Source of the DNA: Octopus sinensis
Lineage: Eukaryota
Direction: 5' to 3'
Assembly (NCBI RefSeq): GCF_006345805.1
Contig: NC_043003.1
Coordinates: 77,066,001-77,130,000, forward strand
DNA: 64,000 bases
Positions 40,618-56,383 of the stretch are shown here, piece after piece. Position 1 is the first letter of the stretch. Every line of letters begins with the position of its first letter. The translations under genes were made by a program, and so were the position numbers. The notes beneath the pieces were generated by a model. It searched no databases. It was given only the letters and a program-made list of their open reading frames with translations, and had not been told where the DNA came from.

Positions 40618-40770
40618 GGTTTCAAATTTTGACACAAGGCGAGCAATTTGATGGGAGGGTGTAAGTCGAAAACATCGACCCCAGTTCTCAAGTGGTACTT
40701 ATTTTATCGACCTCGGAAGAATGAAAGGCAAAGTCGACCTCGGCAGAATTTGAACGCAAAACGGTACAAA
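40618..40770 (-). mobile_element. SINE family B, tail variant B2, 3' part
   Basis: ggtttcaaattttgacacaagg...atgaaaggcaaagtcgacctcggcagaatttgaac. Confidence 0.85.
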
Positions 40771-41142
40771 ATGTAAAAAAATTCACTGACAAATTGTTAC
40801 CTTCCTCTTTGTTTCTTTGTTGTTAAATAAATGGATTCTCAACTAAACACTTTTTTGCTCGGCGGAAAATAAAAACAAAACTCTTTCGCGCCCAAAGTAA
40901 TGTGTGTGTGAGAGGGGCGAGATACATGAGCGATTTAAAATAAATAAATGATTTAAAATATATTTTAATTGTTGCGTGAGAAAGTATATATAATCTGATT
41001 ATGAAATATAGTGTCTTCCAAAAGCATCCTAAATTTGAAGATTATATCTCGTTTAAGAAAAGAAAAGAAAAAGAAAAAGACTATATCTCGTTTAAGAAAA
41101 AAACAAAACATTTTACATTTCTATTTTTGATGAACGCCGTCA

Positions 41143-41183
<41 letters not shown>

Positions 41184-42391
41184 TTGTCTTTACCTTTTTG
41201 TAAGACGCAGTCAAACTCTATCCAGCTCTCCCTTACACTTACTTTTTCTTTTTTGTTGTTAGACGCTGTCAAACACACACACGCATACATCAACACAGAA
41301 CTTCTCTCTCTCCCTCACATACATGTACACCTTCTCATTGCTATGGCAAGAAGGGACTTAACTCATGTCAGCAAACTTCAAAATTGGTAAAAGTTATGTT
41401 TGAAAATAGATTTTTACCGCTATCCGCGGGTGCCTCGGGAAAAAATAAGCTGACAAAACCCAGGTAGGATGGTGACTAATGTCCTCCTAAAATTGGAGCG
41501 ACATGCATGCTAATTTGGGGACATGCATAAACTACATTCACGTACACACACACACACACACATCCTGCTTTTTATATATACAGATATATATGTGCGTGTG
41601 TGTGTGTGTGACACACGTCCTGCTTTTTATATATACAGATAAACATTTAGTTTTATCTCTCCTATGCAAATATTTTAAATTTTTAATGGGTGAAAAATAC
41701 TCTCCTAACGGTTTTAGAAACCGCTAACGTATGCAAAGATTTTATTGTTTTAAAGCTTATTTTAATATTATAGGAATTCGTATTTTTTTCTTGTGAGGAA
41801 GGGGCTTCTATTTGATTTGAATTTAAAATTGTTGCCTTTAGATGACCCATATGGCAACCTTTAGTCTGTAAAATACAAAAACACAGCATTATCAAAACCC
41901 GAAATGGACTTGAAAGATTGTATTGATGGCAACTTAAAAGTCAGGTAGTCTTTACTGGAATTCAACATCAGTTGTGAAAAATAACTAGGAACTCTACAAA
42001 GAGTAAGTACATCGTATTTGATCAACAGACATATCAAACAGTAGATCAGGGTTCATGTCTGAGTGCTGTCAACATATATCAAACCTCAAAAGCGTTATTG
42101 AGAAATATTAGCGCAAACTACAAGACTAAACCATCCCAACGCAAGACACCAGGAGAGTGAAAGGTAAATTCCCACCACCAAGGCTGGTTGAGCATTGTCC
42201 AAAGACAAAAATGAAAAATTCTGAGAAGTCAGCTATTGTAAACCGAGGCAAAATTCGATGTACGACATATTTACTCTACTAGAGCTATTTAATCATCTTT
42301 AAATATGCCCGTAAGATTTACTGTAACATGAAAATACTTCTACAAATACATTACTACATGATATGTATGTGCTTGTAAAATAATACATATA

Positions 42392-42555
42392 TAGGCGCAT
42401 GAGTGACTGCATAATAAGAAGTTTGCTTCCCAGCTACACAGTCCCACTGCGTTACACCTGGGGCAAGTGTCTTCTTCTATAGCCTCGGGCTGATCAAAGT
42501 CTTGAGTGGATTTGGTAGACATAAACTGAAAGACGTTTGTTGTATAAATAGACAA

Positions 42556-42631
<76 letters not shown>

Positions 42632-42632
42632 C

Positions 42633-42717
<85 letters not shown>

Positions 42718-42926
42718 GTAGATAGATATATATGTATGTATTTGTGTGTCTGTGTTTTCCCCATCATCGATTGACGACTGATGTTTACGTCCCCGTTCGG
42801 CAAAATAGACCGATGAAATACGTACAAGGCTTACAAAGAATACATCCTGGAGTCGATTAGTTAGACTACAGGCGATACTCCAGCATGGCCGCAGTCAAAT
42901 GACTGAAACAAGTAAAAATTAAAAGA
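42392..42926 (+). mobile_element. SINE family A with an internal (GATA)n array of ~170 bp
   Basis: Head taggcgcatgagtg..., array at 42553-42720, tail cagcatggccgcagtcaaatgactgaaacaagtaaaa. Confidence 0.88.
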
Positions 42927-43513
42927 TACTATATATATATATATATATATATATTATAAACTTGATGTATTGGTAAACCTGTTAATATGTTCCCAGTAAT
43001 GCTACGAGCAAGTTAAAAGAGAACTCAATACCTTCTATTGAGTAAATATTTCATATATCAAGCTTTATCCTCAGTTTACAGCTTTCGATTGCAAACTATT
43101 TCGTGTCCTCTTTCTATGAGCATTTCAGTGTGTATACACATATGTGGGTAAGTGTGTGTGTGTTTGTGTGTGTGCATGTGTGTGTGTGAGTGTGTATGCA
43201 TACAAATATACACATATTCATGACGTATATTGTTTAAACACACATATACACGTACATATATATACGTATATATGTATACACCCACATATGTAAATATATA
43301 TATACACACATACACACACAAACACACACACACACAAACAGTCTTTGTTTCACTACCAACAAACAACACACTTTACACGTCAAATAGCTTCACATCAATT
43401 TTTTTTTTGTTTTTGTTTTTTATTCTCTTTTGTTTGTTTCTGTTTTTGTTGATTGTTTGTATTATTTTTTTTTTTTTTTTGTTTGTGTGTTTGTTTGTTT
43501 ACTTTTTTTGCAG

Positions 43514-43761
43514 ACTGAGGATGAGACTAAGCAGGCATGTGTGAGAGAGGGAGAATTATTTCACATTGAAAGAAATCGCTAGAATTTAGTTGAGTTTGTT
43601 AAGTGATGTTCTTCTAAAACTGCACATTAGCAGTACTTTATTCTGCCAAGCATTTCTGTTTATTCTGAACACACAGAGATAAACACCAGTCGCCAGTTTA
43701 CCGTTACATCAGCAAGCCAGCCGACTACAAAGAAGCAGCCTACACCGCCCCAGATGCCTAG
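43514..43761 (+). CDS. Candidate terminal coding exon(s) of an unidentified host gene, with two possible acceptors
   Basis: A long U-rich tract plus ttgcAG precedes 43514 (TEDETKQACVREGELFHIERNR* or LRMRLSRHV*). A second acceptor acacAG precedes 43677 (DKHQSPVYRYISKPADYKEAAYTAPDA*). U-rich, SINE-free sequence follows. No homologue recognised. Confidence 0.3.
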
Positions 43762-44199
43762 TTTTTTGGGGGAGATTTTTTTTTTATATTTTGACATGGG
43801 ATTTTATTCGTTTGCTTGTTTTTCTCCACCATTTTGTGTGTGTGAATGTAAAGTGTGTGAATGCATTTCCCTTATATCTTTTTGTGATGATGATGTTGAC
43901 GATGTATTTTTTTTTTTATTATTTTGTTTTTTCTTTCTTTCTTTTTTTTTTTCTTTTGCTCCTTTCTTTATTTCCGTTCCAACATACTAAAAGGTATTTT
44001 CAAAAAGCTTTAATCATCTGATGGCTGCTGCTGCTACTGCTGCTACTGCTGCTGCTGCTGCTGCTGTTATTGTTTGTGTTGTAGTTATTGTTGCTATAAT
44101 CGTTGTTGCTACTCGAGCTTTTGTTTCATACTTGTGTTACTAATGTATTTTGTACCACTGTTGTGGCCATTGTTGCTATTAGTGCCGTTGTTGTTTCAT

Positions 44200-46660
<2,461 letters not shown>

Positions 46661-46941
46661 GTTAGAATATATATTGATAAAAGATATTGCTTTAGTGCAG
46701 CGGATTATTTTCTCATGCCTAAAGATTTCCTGCGGGTCATCTTAGTTAAATACCGATATTTCCGAAATAAATTATAGACACACACACACACACACACAGT
46801 CTTTCTCTCTCACTCTCTCTATCTATCAATCTATCTATCTCGTCCTCTCTCTCTCTCTTTCTTTCTTCTTTTCTCCATACATAGTGATACACTAACGTAA
46901 GCACATATACATACACTCACACACATGTGTGTGTGTGTATG

Positions 46942-46985
<44 letters not shown>

Positions 46986-47099
46986 TATACGTACATTTAT
47001 ATGTTTACATGTATAGACATCCATATATATGTATATATACATATACATAATATGTGTGTGTATATATACACATATATAAAATTGCGTTTTATATTTCAA

Positions 47100-47420
47100 G
47101 TATTTAGGTAGTTGATTATATAATCTTTCTTTAGTCGAGTGCTCCTTCCTGGGAATATTCAAAATGTCATGAACCATTCATATATAACCGCCATCCAGCA
47201 GAGCAGCTTCAAATATTTGTGTCGTAATGAAAGAGTCAGAAAATTACACAGTGGGACCAGTTTTCTTTTCAGACTCTTTGATACATTCAACATTCATATT
47301 AGGCTGAACCTTTGAAGGGCTGACCTGGCTCTGCTCAAAACACCCCACTATATGCATTACTGCAGAAGCATGGATGGATTGGTTCGAGACTTGAGATGGT
47401 CTTAATTAGATAAAATTACA
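47100..47420 (-). mobile_element. Degraded RTE-clade LINE C-terminal fragment
   Basis: LLDGGYI*MVHDILNIPRKEHSTKERLYNQLP resembles RTE LDGCYTRMLRAVLNISW.QHPTK..LYG.LP. Confidence 0.55.
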
Positions 47421-47518
47421 TGTCATCGTGTGGAACCTATACTGACATAAACATATATATATATTAAATATATTAATATATATATATATATATAATATAT
47501 ATATATATATATTATATA

Positions 47519-47565
<47 letters not shown>

Positions 47566-47570
<5 letters not shown>

Positions 47571-47742
47571 GCCGACATGGCTGTGTGGTGGGAAGCTTGA
47601 TTCCTAACCACATGGTTCCAGTTCAGTCCCACACCATGGCACCTTGGGCAAGTGTCTCTTATTATATCTGCGGGCCGACCAAAGCCTCGTGAATGGATTT
47701 GGTAGACGGAAACTGAAAGAGTCTCATCGTATACATCTGTAT
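47566..47742 (+). mobile_element. SINE family A head, directly followed by a SINE B
   Basis: atggctgtgtggtgggaagcttg...ggatttggtagacggaaactgaaaga. Confidence 0.85.
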
Positions 47743-47970
47743 GGCGAGCTGGCAGAAACGTTAGCGCGCCGGGCGAAATGCTTAGCGGTAGTTCGTCTGA
47801 CGTTACGTTCTGAGTTCAAATTCCGCCGAGGTAGACTTTGCCTTTCATCCTTTCAGGGTCGATAAATAAAGTACCAATTTTGCACTGGGGTCGATGTAAT
47901 CGACTTAATCCGTTTGTGTGTCCTTGTTTGTCCCCTCTATGTTTAGCCCCTTCTGGATAGTAAAGAAATA
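47743..47970 (+). mobile_element. SINE family B, full-length, tail variant B1
   Basis: Matches 40014-40250. Confidence 0.92.
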
Positions 47971-47994
47971 TATATATATTTATGTGTGTCTTCA

Positions 47995-48645
47995 TGTCAG
48001 AACAAGCATAGGAAGACATCACAACAGCAGACCTAAGAATGACACGAAGGCTCATAAGTGGAAATTCTCTAGTAAAGATAGGGTACCAAATGTCTGGCTC
48101 GCATCGCTCCCGTGCGCACACGCAAAGCTAGTTCAGCTATTCAATGAGATTATGAGAGATCCTAAGAAAACACCTGATTGGTTAGCAAGTGGTGTTACTT
48201 ACCTACTTCCAAAGAATAATGAAACCAAATTTCTCCAAAACTATCAACCCATAGCCTGTGTATCTAACACGTATAAAATTTTAATAACCATCCTTGTGGA
48301 AAATAAATGTGCCTATATGGAACAGAGCGATATTTTCCCCACTGAACAAAAAGGGTGCCAACGGGGATGAAAGGATCAACTTCTAATCAATTGCATGGTT
48401 CTTGAGAACTGTCATAACAACCGCAGAAATCTCAGTTCCGCATGAATTGATTATAAGAAGGCCTTTGACAGCATACCGTATTCATGGATCTTGAAATTAC
48501 TGGATATCTTCAAAATTTCTCCGGTGATTTCAAATTTCCTGAAACACATGTCAATGTGGAATACGAATGTCCATTAAAGCCACTCTAATGGAGTACTGAA
48601 TACAAAAAATAATAATATCAATTGTGGCATTTTCCAAGGTGACTT
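47995..48645 (+). mobile_element. Degraded R4/Dong-type LINE, RT fragment of a second subfamily
   Basis: PDWLASGVTYLLPKN..NYQPIAC..YKIL...FPTEQKGC...KDQLLIN...IDYKKAFDSIP...GIFQGD. Confidence 0.88.
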
Positions 48646-48773
48646 ATATTCATACTACTCTGATGTGTTTATTTTCATGGTCTACCAATGTATACCGTTA
48701 GTTTCTTTTCCCTATGTGTTGGGAAGACACTCAGCAAGAAATGGAAACAAAATTGAAAGAAGATAATATAAAA

Positions 48774-48813
<40 letters not shown>

Positions 48814-48900
48814 TAATAATAATAATAACACAACAACAGAACCACAAACAACACAACAACACAAATATAATATAATAATAATGATAATATAATAATAATA

Positions 48901-48931
<31 letters not shown>

Positions 48932-48942
48932 TAATAATAATA

Positions 48943-49494
48943 AAATGCCCTGATGCAGTACAAGGCAGTGGCTCTCATGGCTTCTGATCTTAACTGATTG
49001 GAACTGTTATCATGCATTGTTTTGTCTTGGTATAAAAGATGGGCTACAGCAAATATTCTGCACAATACCACAGATTTGCTTGTCAGTTGTTTGACCTTAA
49101 CCAGTTGAGCATGTCCCTTAGTGGCTGACGATATGTGCATCTCTGATCACGAGCAGAAGTAGGGGGGAGCATCATAGCCATGTGTTGAGAGGGATTGTTG
49201 GGGTTTGAATAGTTCACCTCTGAAACATGGGTGGTTCTTTCACACATCCTTAAACAACCTTATTCAGGGACCGTTTGAGCGGGATGGGCTACTCAACCTG
49301 AAGAAAATTCTAACTGGGCCCCACCTGCAAGTCATGTGCTGTTTATCTTGATATGAGATCACCATGTCGCGCACATATGGTTGTGATGCATGTGCCTGGT
49401 GTACCTTTATCAGACGGGTAGTCATGATGGGTATATTGGGCTTCGTATATTTTACCTCAGTGTCACTTTGATGGCATGAACTGCTCTCTCACTC
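48943..49494 (+). mobile_element. ~550-bp non-coding element flanked by (TAA)n on both sides
   Basis: Balanced base composition with sharp junctions to TAA tracts, ending ctctcactc(aat)n. No long ORF. Confidence 0.55.
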
Positions 49495-49508
49495 AATAAT
49501 AATAATAA

Positions 49509-52500
49509 GACGAAGAAGAAGAAGAAGAACACCGGGGGACGTTTAAGATGTAAGAAGGAAAATTCAGAGCTCCGAAATCTATCCACAAACATCGAAAACA
49601 AGGACATCCTATGGAGCCAAAGTTTTACTAACAAAGAATTGGACTGTATCCGAGTAAGTAATACTAATTGAAATTTATTACTATTTTCGAAACGAAATGA
49701 TGTATTTTGACTCGATATCATCTCCACCTCTAACGCAACACATGTAAACATGCGTGGAACATCACGATCATCCCTGACCCCAAACACCATGTACAAAGGA
49801 ACTACGAAGAAATTAAATGCCACCGATACTATTCAACCCAAGAATAACAATCGAGCGGTACGTACATTAAACTTACAACAAAAAATGTACGAAAAACTAC
49901 ACGTGCGAAATAATGTGACAACAGAAATAAACGGACCGGTACCCTACGAAAATGACGACCGTCAAAATAATGGGCCGGACGTTGTACCTCATGTCCCGCA
50001 AATAAAACCCAAAAGACGTAAATGGACACGTGGGGAATACATTTCTATCTTACACGCATACTACACAGCAGTATTCTATCCAAAAAATGAAAATACAACA
50101 ACACATACATATAAAATATGGAAGGAAAATAATAGAGATATAGACTTGGATACAGCAATGAACCCTAATAAATTAGCTAACGTACGAAGATACATTCTCA
50201 ACACAAAAAAAATATCAGAAATAGAAATAGAACACCTAAAAGAAAACACACCAGGAAAATGTAGATAGAAGCCACACAACAATGCCCAATAATATAAACA
50301 CTGAAACTGTAAAACACGAAGACAAACGCAACATTCCCAACAAACACGATGTAAACAACGAAGGGGAGCCTAATGATTATGATAATATAAAAAATAAAAT
50401 AATCAAAGAACTGAAAACCACAGAGCTCAAAATGGACCACCGACCATACCTCCCAAGAATCAAAATACACGAAATAACAACACCTATTATAAACAGCATA
50501 AACCTAGCCGTCACTGAACTGATAGCCACTGAATCAAAAAAAAGTGATATCACTGAGCTAAATAACTTAATATACGCTGCAGCCACAAAAGAAGCTGGAT
50601 ACTCACCCAAACCCGCCCAAACAGGAGTACCACCACCCAAACAAACCCTGTGGATAAATAACATCCAAAGCAAAATTTAAAAAGTTAGAAAAGACCTGTC
50701 GATTCTTAATGAAATCAGCAAACAATCAACGCTACTGAGCAACAAAAAGAGAACAAAAATACTCCGCAAATATAACATCACAGAGAAAGATTTGCCTGAA
50801 ATAAAAGAAAAGCTGAAGCAAGATATCCTTGCCAAAGCACAAAGGATCCGCCGGTACAAGAAACGCCAACGCTTCTTTGAAGAAAACAAAAAGTTCAACT
50901 CCAACCCCAAAAAGTTCTACCAAGAACTGGGAAAAAATAAAATAGAAGTCACTGCAGCACCAACGGCAGAAGAATTGGAAGAATTCTGGAGAGAAATATG
51001 GTCGGCGAACGAACCACCAAAAAAAAGGAGTATCAAAATAACAAACTCGGCATCTGAACAACTTTGGACCCCCATAACAACTGAAGAAGTCACCCAGGCA
51101 CTGCAAAGATTAAGCAACTGGAAGGCACCTGGGCATGACAAGATCCCCAACTTCTGGTTGAAATATCTAACAGGAATGCACAAAAAGCTGGCTGAAAACT
51201 TTAACAGCATACTAGCAGAGCCAGAGACAATGCCTGAATGGCTCACGAAGGGGAAAAACCATCTTAATTCCCAAATCAAATGGAACAGCAAAACCAGAAA
51301 ACTACAGACCAATAACCTGCCTCCCTACTATGTTCAAGGCATTTACTGCAGTGATATCACAAAGGCTGAACAAGCACCTGGACGAAAACAAACTGTTCCC
51401 AGAAGAGCAGAAAGGATGCCGCAAAGGCTCATATGGCTGTAAAGATCAACTAATGATTAATAAAGCCGTAACTGAAGACAGCCACAGAAAGAAGAAAGGC
51501 CTCAGTATGGCCTGGATTGACTACAAAAAGGCGTTTGATAGCATCCCCCACACATGGATCCTCGAAACACTAGCCATTAACAAAGTAGAGCCCAACAATC
51601 ATAAAATTCATAGAGCACTCTATGAATAAATGGCAAACAGTCCTACACCTCCAAACAAAAGAGGGACTCATGAAAACCAAAGACATCCCCATTAGAAGAG
51701 GAATATTCCAGGGAGACACGCTCTCTCCACTCCTTTTCTGCTGGGCACTGTCACCTCTATCTGATATGCTAAATAGAACTGGATGCGGATATAAATGTTA
51801 CAGCAAAACGATCAGCCACCTTTTATATATGGATGACCTAAAACTATACGCTGCAAATGACAAAGAGCTGGAAACACTATTAAAGACAGTTCATGGATTT
51901 ACCAAAGAAATAGATATGAAATTTGGATTAGAAAAATGCGCCAAAGTAACCATGAAAAGAGGAAAACTAGTTAAGAGTAACAACATCACACTAGATAAAA
52001 CCAATGAAATAAAAGAATTAGACCAAAGCCAAACTTACAAATACTTAGGAATCCATGAACTAGATAAGAAACACAACACACACAAATGAAAGAGAAAATA
52101 AAAAAAGAATATTATAGACGAGTTAGATCAATACTAAACACAGAGCTCAATGCTAAAAACAAGATAATAGGTATCAACACTTTAGCTGTCTCAGTTATAA
52201 GTTACAGCTACAATATCCTTAACTGGACACGAAATGAACTGACAAAATAGATAGGAAAACAAGAAAAATAATGACAGGATCTAGGATGCATCACCCAAAA
52301 TCTGACATAGAAAGACTATATATACAACGTATAGAAGGTGGTAGAGGCCTTATACAGCTGAAAAACTACTATAAAATAACCACCATAGGACTGCAAAAAT
52401 ATCTACTTCAGAAGGAAGGAAAACTGATCCAGATAGCGGCAAAACACGAGCAAAACAAAAAAACTGTTCTCAGTATTTAAGGAAGCTGACAAATACAACA

Positions 52501-53474
52501 AGAAATCATACCACCTAATAAACACGAAGAAGATGATGAAGATGAAGAAACAACAAAAGCTATAAAACAAATGAAATCCAAAAAAATATAACAGCAACGA
52601 ACCATGATAAAACGATGGCAAAAAATCCCCTTCATGGTAAATACTGCACTAAACTAAACGCAAAAGAAATAGACAAAGAAAAATCCCAGCAATGGTTGAG
52701 AAGCTCAGGACTCAAAGCAGAAACAGAGGGATTTTTAATTGCAGCACAAGACCAAAGCCTCCCCACCAAGAAATTACCAAAAACATGTAATGAAAAGAAA
52801 TATTACAAGTAACTGCAGAATATGTGGAGATGGACAAGAAACAATAAATCATATTATCTCTAGCTGCCCAGTCCTGGCTAAGAAGGAATATATTCACAGA
52901 CATGACAGAGTTGGAACCTACATACATTGGAAGCTATGCCAACATTATGGAATAACAACAGAAAAAAGATGGTATAGGCACACACCAGAAAAGGTACAGA
53001 AAACGAGAAAGCAACCATACTCTGGGATATGCCGATACACACAGATAGAGAAATTAAGGCCAACAGACCAGATATAGTTGTCAGAGATCATGAAGAAAAA
53101 AAATGCTTTCTAATTGATGTATCAATACCGGCTGATGACAACGTGTGTCTCTAAAAGAAATGGAGAAACTCTCAAAATACAAAGACCTGGATAGAGGTAA
53201 CTAGAATGTGGAATCTGAAAACAGAAACAATTCCTATCATAGTAGGTGCATTAGGCATGATAAAAAAATATTCAGACAAATACATAACAAAAACACCAGG
53301 ACTTACAAACACATATAACATACAGAAATTGCACTACTAGGCACTGCACACATCCTACGCAGAACACTTTCCATATAATAACCATCAGAGCATCACAACA
53401 AATCACAGCACATACCCAAGGCACACAGAGCTGCGCTCGGTAGTGAAGTGAAAGCACGCTATAAAATAAAACTA

Positions 53475-53478
<4 letters not shown>
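49509..53478 (+). mobile_element. Near full-length R4-clade (Dong-like) RLE non-LTR retrotransposon inserted in (TAA)n
   Basis: N-terminal RRKWT..E Myb-like region, RT motifs (WIDYKKAFDSIPH, GIFQGDTLSPLLF, HLLYMDDLKL), CRICG...HIISSC zinc knuckle, RPDIV/IDVSIP/EKLSKY restriction-like endonuclease. TAA repeats at both junctions. Confidence 0.95.
49750..53378 (+). pseudogene. Single ORF of the Dong-like element (RT plus RLE), disrupted by multiple frameshifts and at least one in-frame stop (50678-50680)
   Basis: Pieces in ORFs 49750, 50282, 50792, 51330, 51622, 52271, 52615 and 52739. Ends ..LGTAHILRRTLSI*. Confidence 0.9.

Positions 53479-53568
<90 letters not shown>
53479..53568. repeat. (TAA)n tail/target tract
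   Basis: Directly visible. Confidence 0.95.
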
Positions 53569-53570
<2 letters not shown>

Positions 53571-54550
53571 TCAGAATGGTCCCGAATACTGAGCTGAACT
53601 CTCATAATAAAATTGCAGCTATAAACTCCCTAGTGCTACCAGTTGTACAATGGCACACCACACACTAAGGCGGCAAAATATGTAAAACAAAATCCAAACA
53701 GGAAATCTAGAAGGAAATATCGAAACCGTGGCAAGAAAATTAATTGCATGGGCAATACCCCAAACGAGCTGTGGAAGCTGATGTAGATATGAAAAGAACT
53801 CATCAGTGACTGCAGATTGCTAGTTTGAAAACCGAAACAGAAAAATTTACCCAAGCAACACAAAATTAGAGCCTCCTTACGCGGAACTATCAAGCTAATG
53901 TCACACACAATGAGGTAGACACAAAGGGTAGACTCTACAATGACAAACTTGTGAGTATTGACCTCGTTGTTGCTGGTTGCTCAGTCTTTGTCCCTGCAGA
54001 ATATGAAACCAGACATTATCGAGTTCACCTATACTTGTAACTGGAGTATATGCAGTCACTACGCACCCTAAGAATTGGTATGAACTCCATCCAGAGCAAG
54101 TCATTGAGGGAGAGAATGTTACCATTCTCTGCGATTATGGGATACATAAAGACAGGCAAATAAATGCTAACCGACCAGACATCGTCACCAAAGACCTAAG
54201 ACGAAAAAAAAAACATGCTTGTAAATTGCCTACTGATAGAAAGATCTCATAAGAGGAATTTGAAAAATTGTCTAAATATAAGTACCTTGAGATTGGGATA
54301 TTTAGGACGTGGGAATTAAAAGCCTAGACTGTCTCTGTTGTTGTAGGTGCCCTGGGAATGATCAAGAAACGTATGTGGCAAATTTTTGGACCACATCTGT
54401 GGAAAACCAACAGTCTATGGGACTCAAAACATTTGTGTTGGCATCAACCGCCCACATCCTCAGGAAGTTTCTCTCCATCTAATATACACGTGCCTAAGGT
54501 CTCTGGTTGATACTCGGTCGGAAGATGAAATAAAATACAAATCAATCGGA
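53569..54550 (+). mobile_element. Older degraded Dong-like LINE, 3' part with internal deletion
   Basis: ELNSHNKIAAINSL..., SLKTETE, WYELHPEQV, NANRPDIV, EKLSKYK, VVVGALGMIKK. Followed by (TAA)n. Confidence 0.88.
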
Positions 54551-54559
54551 AAAGAATAT

Positions 54560-54592
54560 TAATGATAATAATAATAATAATATAATATAATA

Positions 54593-54690
<98 letters not shown>

Positions 54691-54800
54691 GTAATAATAA
54701 TAGTAATAATAATAGTAATAGTAATAGTAATAGTAATAATAATATAATAATAATAATAATAAAATAAAATAATATTAATAATAATAATAATAATTATATA

Positions 54801-54884
<84 letters not shown>

Positions 54885-54905
54885 TAATAATAATAGCAAT
54901 AATAA
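54560..54905. repeat. Long (TAA)n/(TAG) tract
   Basis: Directly visible. Confidence 0.95.
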
Positions 54906-54906
54906 T

Positions 54907-55042
54907 CCTGAAATTTGTGGAGAGGGAACTAGTCGATTATATCGACCCTAGTGAAAGGATGAAAAGTGAAGTCGACCTCGGCGGAATTTGAATTCAGAAT
55001 GTAGCTATGGGCGAAATACCGATTCTGCCAGCTCGCCGCCTT
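54907..55042 (-). mobile_element. SINE family B, internally deleted
   Basis: gtcgacctcggcggaatttgaattcagaatg...ctgccagctcgccgcctt. Confidence 0.85.
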
Positions 55043-55129
55043 CAACAATAATAATAATAATAACAATTTCTTCTTTTAGTAGTCTGTCCTTTTCTATCTT
55101 TTCTAGTCCTTTGTCACTTATGCGGGTAT

Positions 55130-55345
55130 GTGCACATAAGTGTCAAAGAACTAGAAAAGATGGAAAAGTACAGAGTACCAGGAGATGAAATCGCAAGAAT
55201 ATGGACTATGAGGAGAGTGTCTGTCGTCCCAGTAGTTGTAAATCACACGGAGCACTAACAACCAAGTTCGAGAAATATATCACAGAAATCGAAATTCACA
55301 TGCGAGCAGAGCATGCCCAAAAAACTGCTCTGCTCTTACATACTA
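55130..55345 (+). mobile_element. R4/Dong-type RLE C-terminal fragment of another subfamily
   Basis: KELEKMEKYRVPGDEIARIWTMRRVSVVPVVV...EHAQKTALL. Confidence 0.7.
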
Positions 55346-55712
55346 AGTGAAAATAACCAAAAGTATTAGAAATACAAAAGCAATTTGATTCCATGTGTAC
55401 AGCCTTCACTCTAAGAAAAACACTGTCAAATAGAATAACCGACAAATTTTGCAACAAACTTTAAACGAAAACTTAATTCGCAGTCTTTGGTCTTCTTTCC
55501 TTGAAATATATCATTGTTCTCATAAATAACGCCGCCTTTAAAACGTCGGTGAGACTTGAAAGAGCTCGTAAAACGACAACTACTACTACTACTACACTAC
55601 TACTACTTCTACTGCGATTACTACTTTTACTACTTCTACTAATACTACAATGAAAACAATAGCAACAATAATAATGGTAACGATGATGATGATGATGATG
55701 ATGATGATGATC

Positions 55713-55782
<70 letters not shown>

Positions 55783-56237
55783 CAACAACACACACAACAA
55801 CAAAAACAAGAACTCATAAAAAGCATATCCTTTTCTATGAAATCTTAGCTACAAATGTATTTTTGTTGTCAATAAACACAGCTTTTGTTATAAGGTGTTG
55901 AATTTTTGAGATTATTTTTTAACATAAAACGTTTTGTTTTTCTTCATTTTATCTAAACATTATTTATATATGAAAACGCTTTTTTTCTTTTGAATTATCT
56001 TAGAATTACAGTGATGAGACATACAGCTGTGACAGCATTATCGCAGAGTTGTTATTGACCTGAATTACTATTTACAAGACTAATCATTCCTTTGAGGCAT
56101 CAGGTATACTGTGAATACACACACACACACACACAATATAATATATAGATATATATATATATATATATATAGATATATATATATATAATATACATATATA
56201 TATATATATATATAGATATATATATATACATATATAT

Positions 56238-56292
<55 letters not shown>

Positions 56293-56350
56293 TTATTATT
56301 ATATTATATATATATATATATATATATAATATATTTATATATATTATATT

Positions 56351-56383
<33 letters not shown>

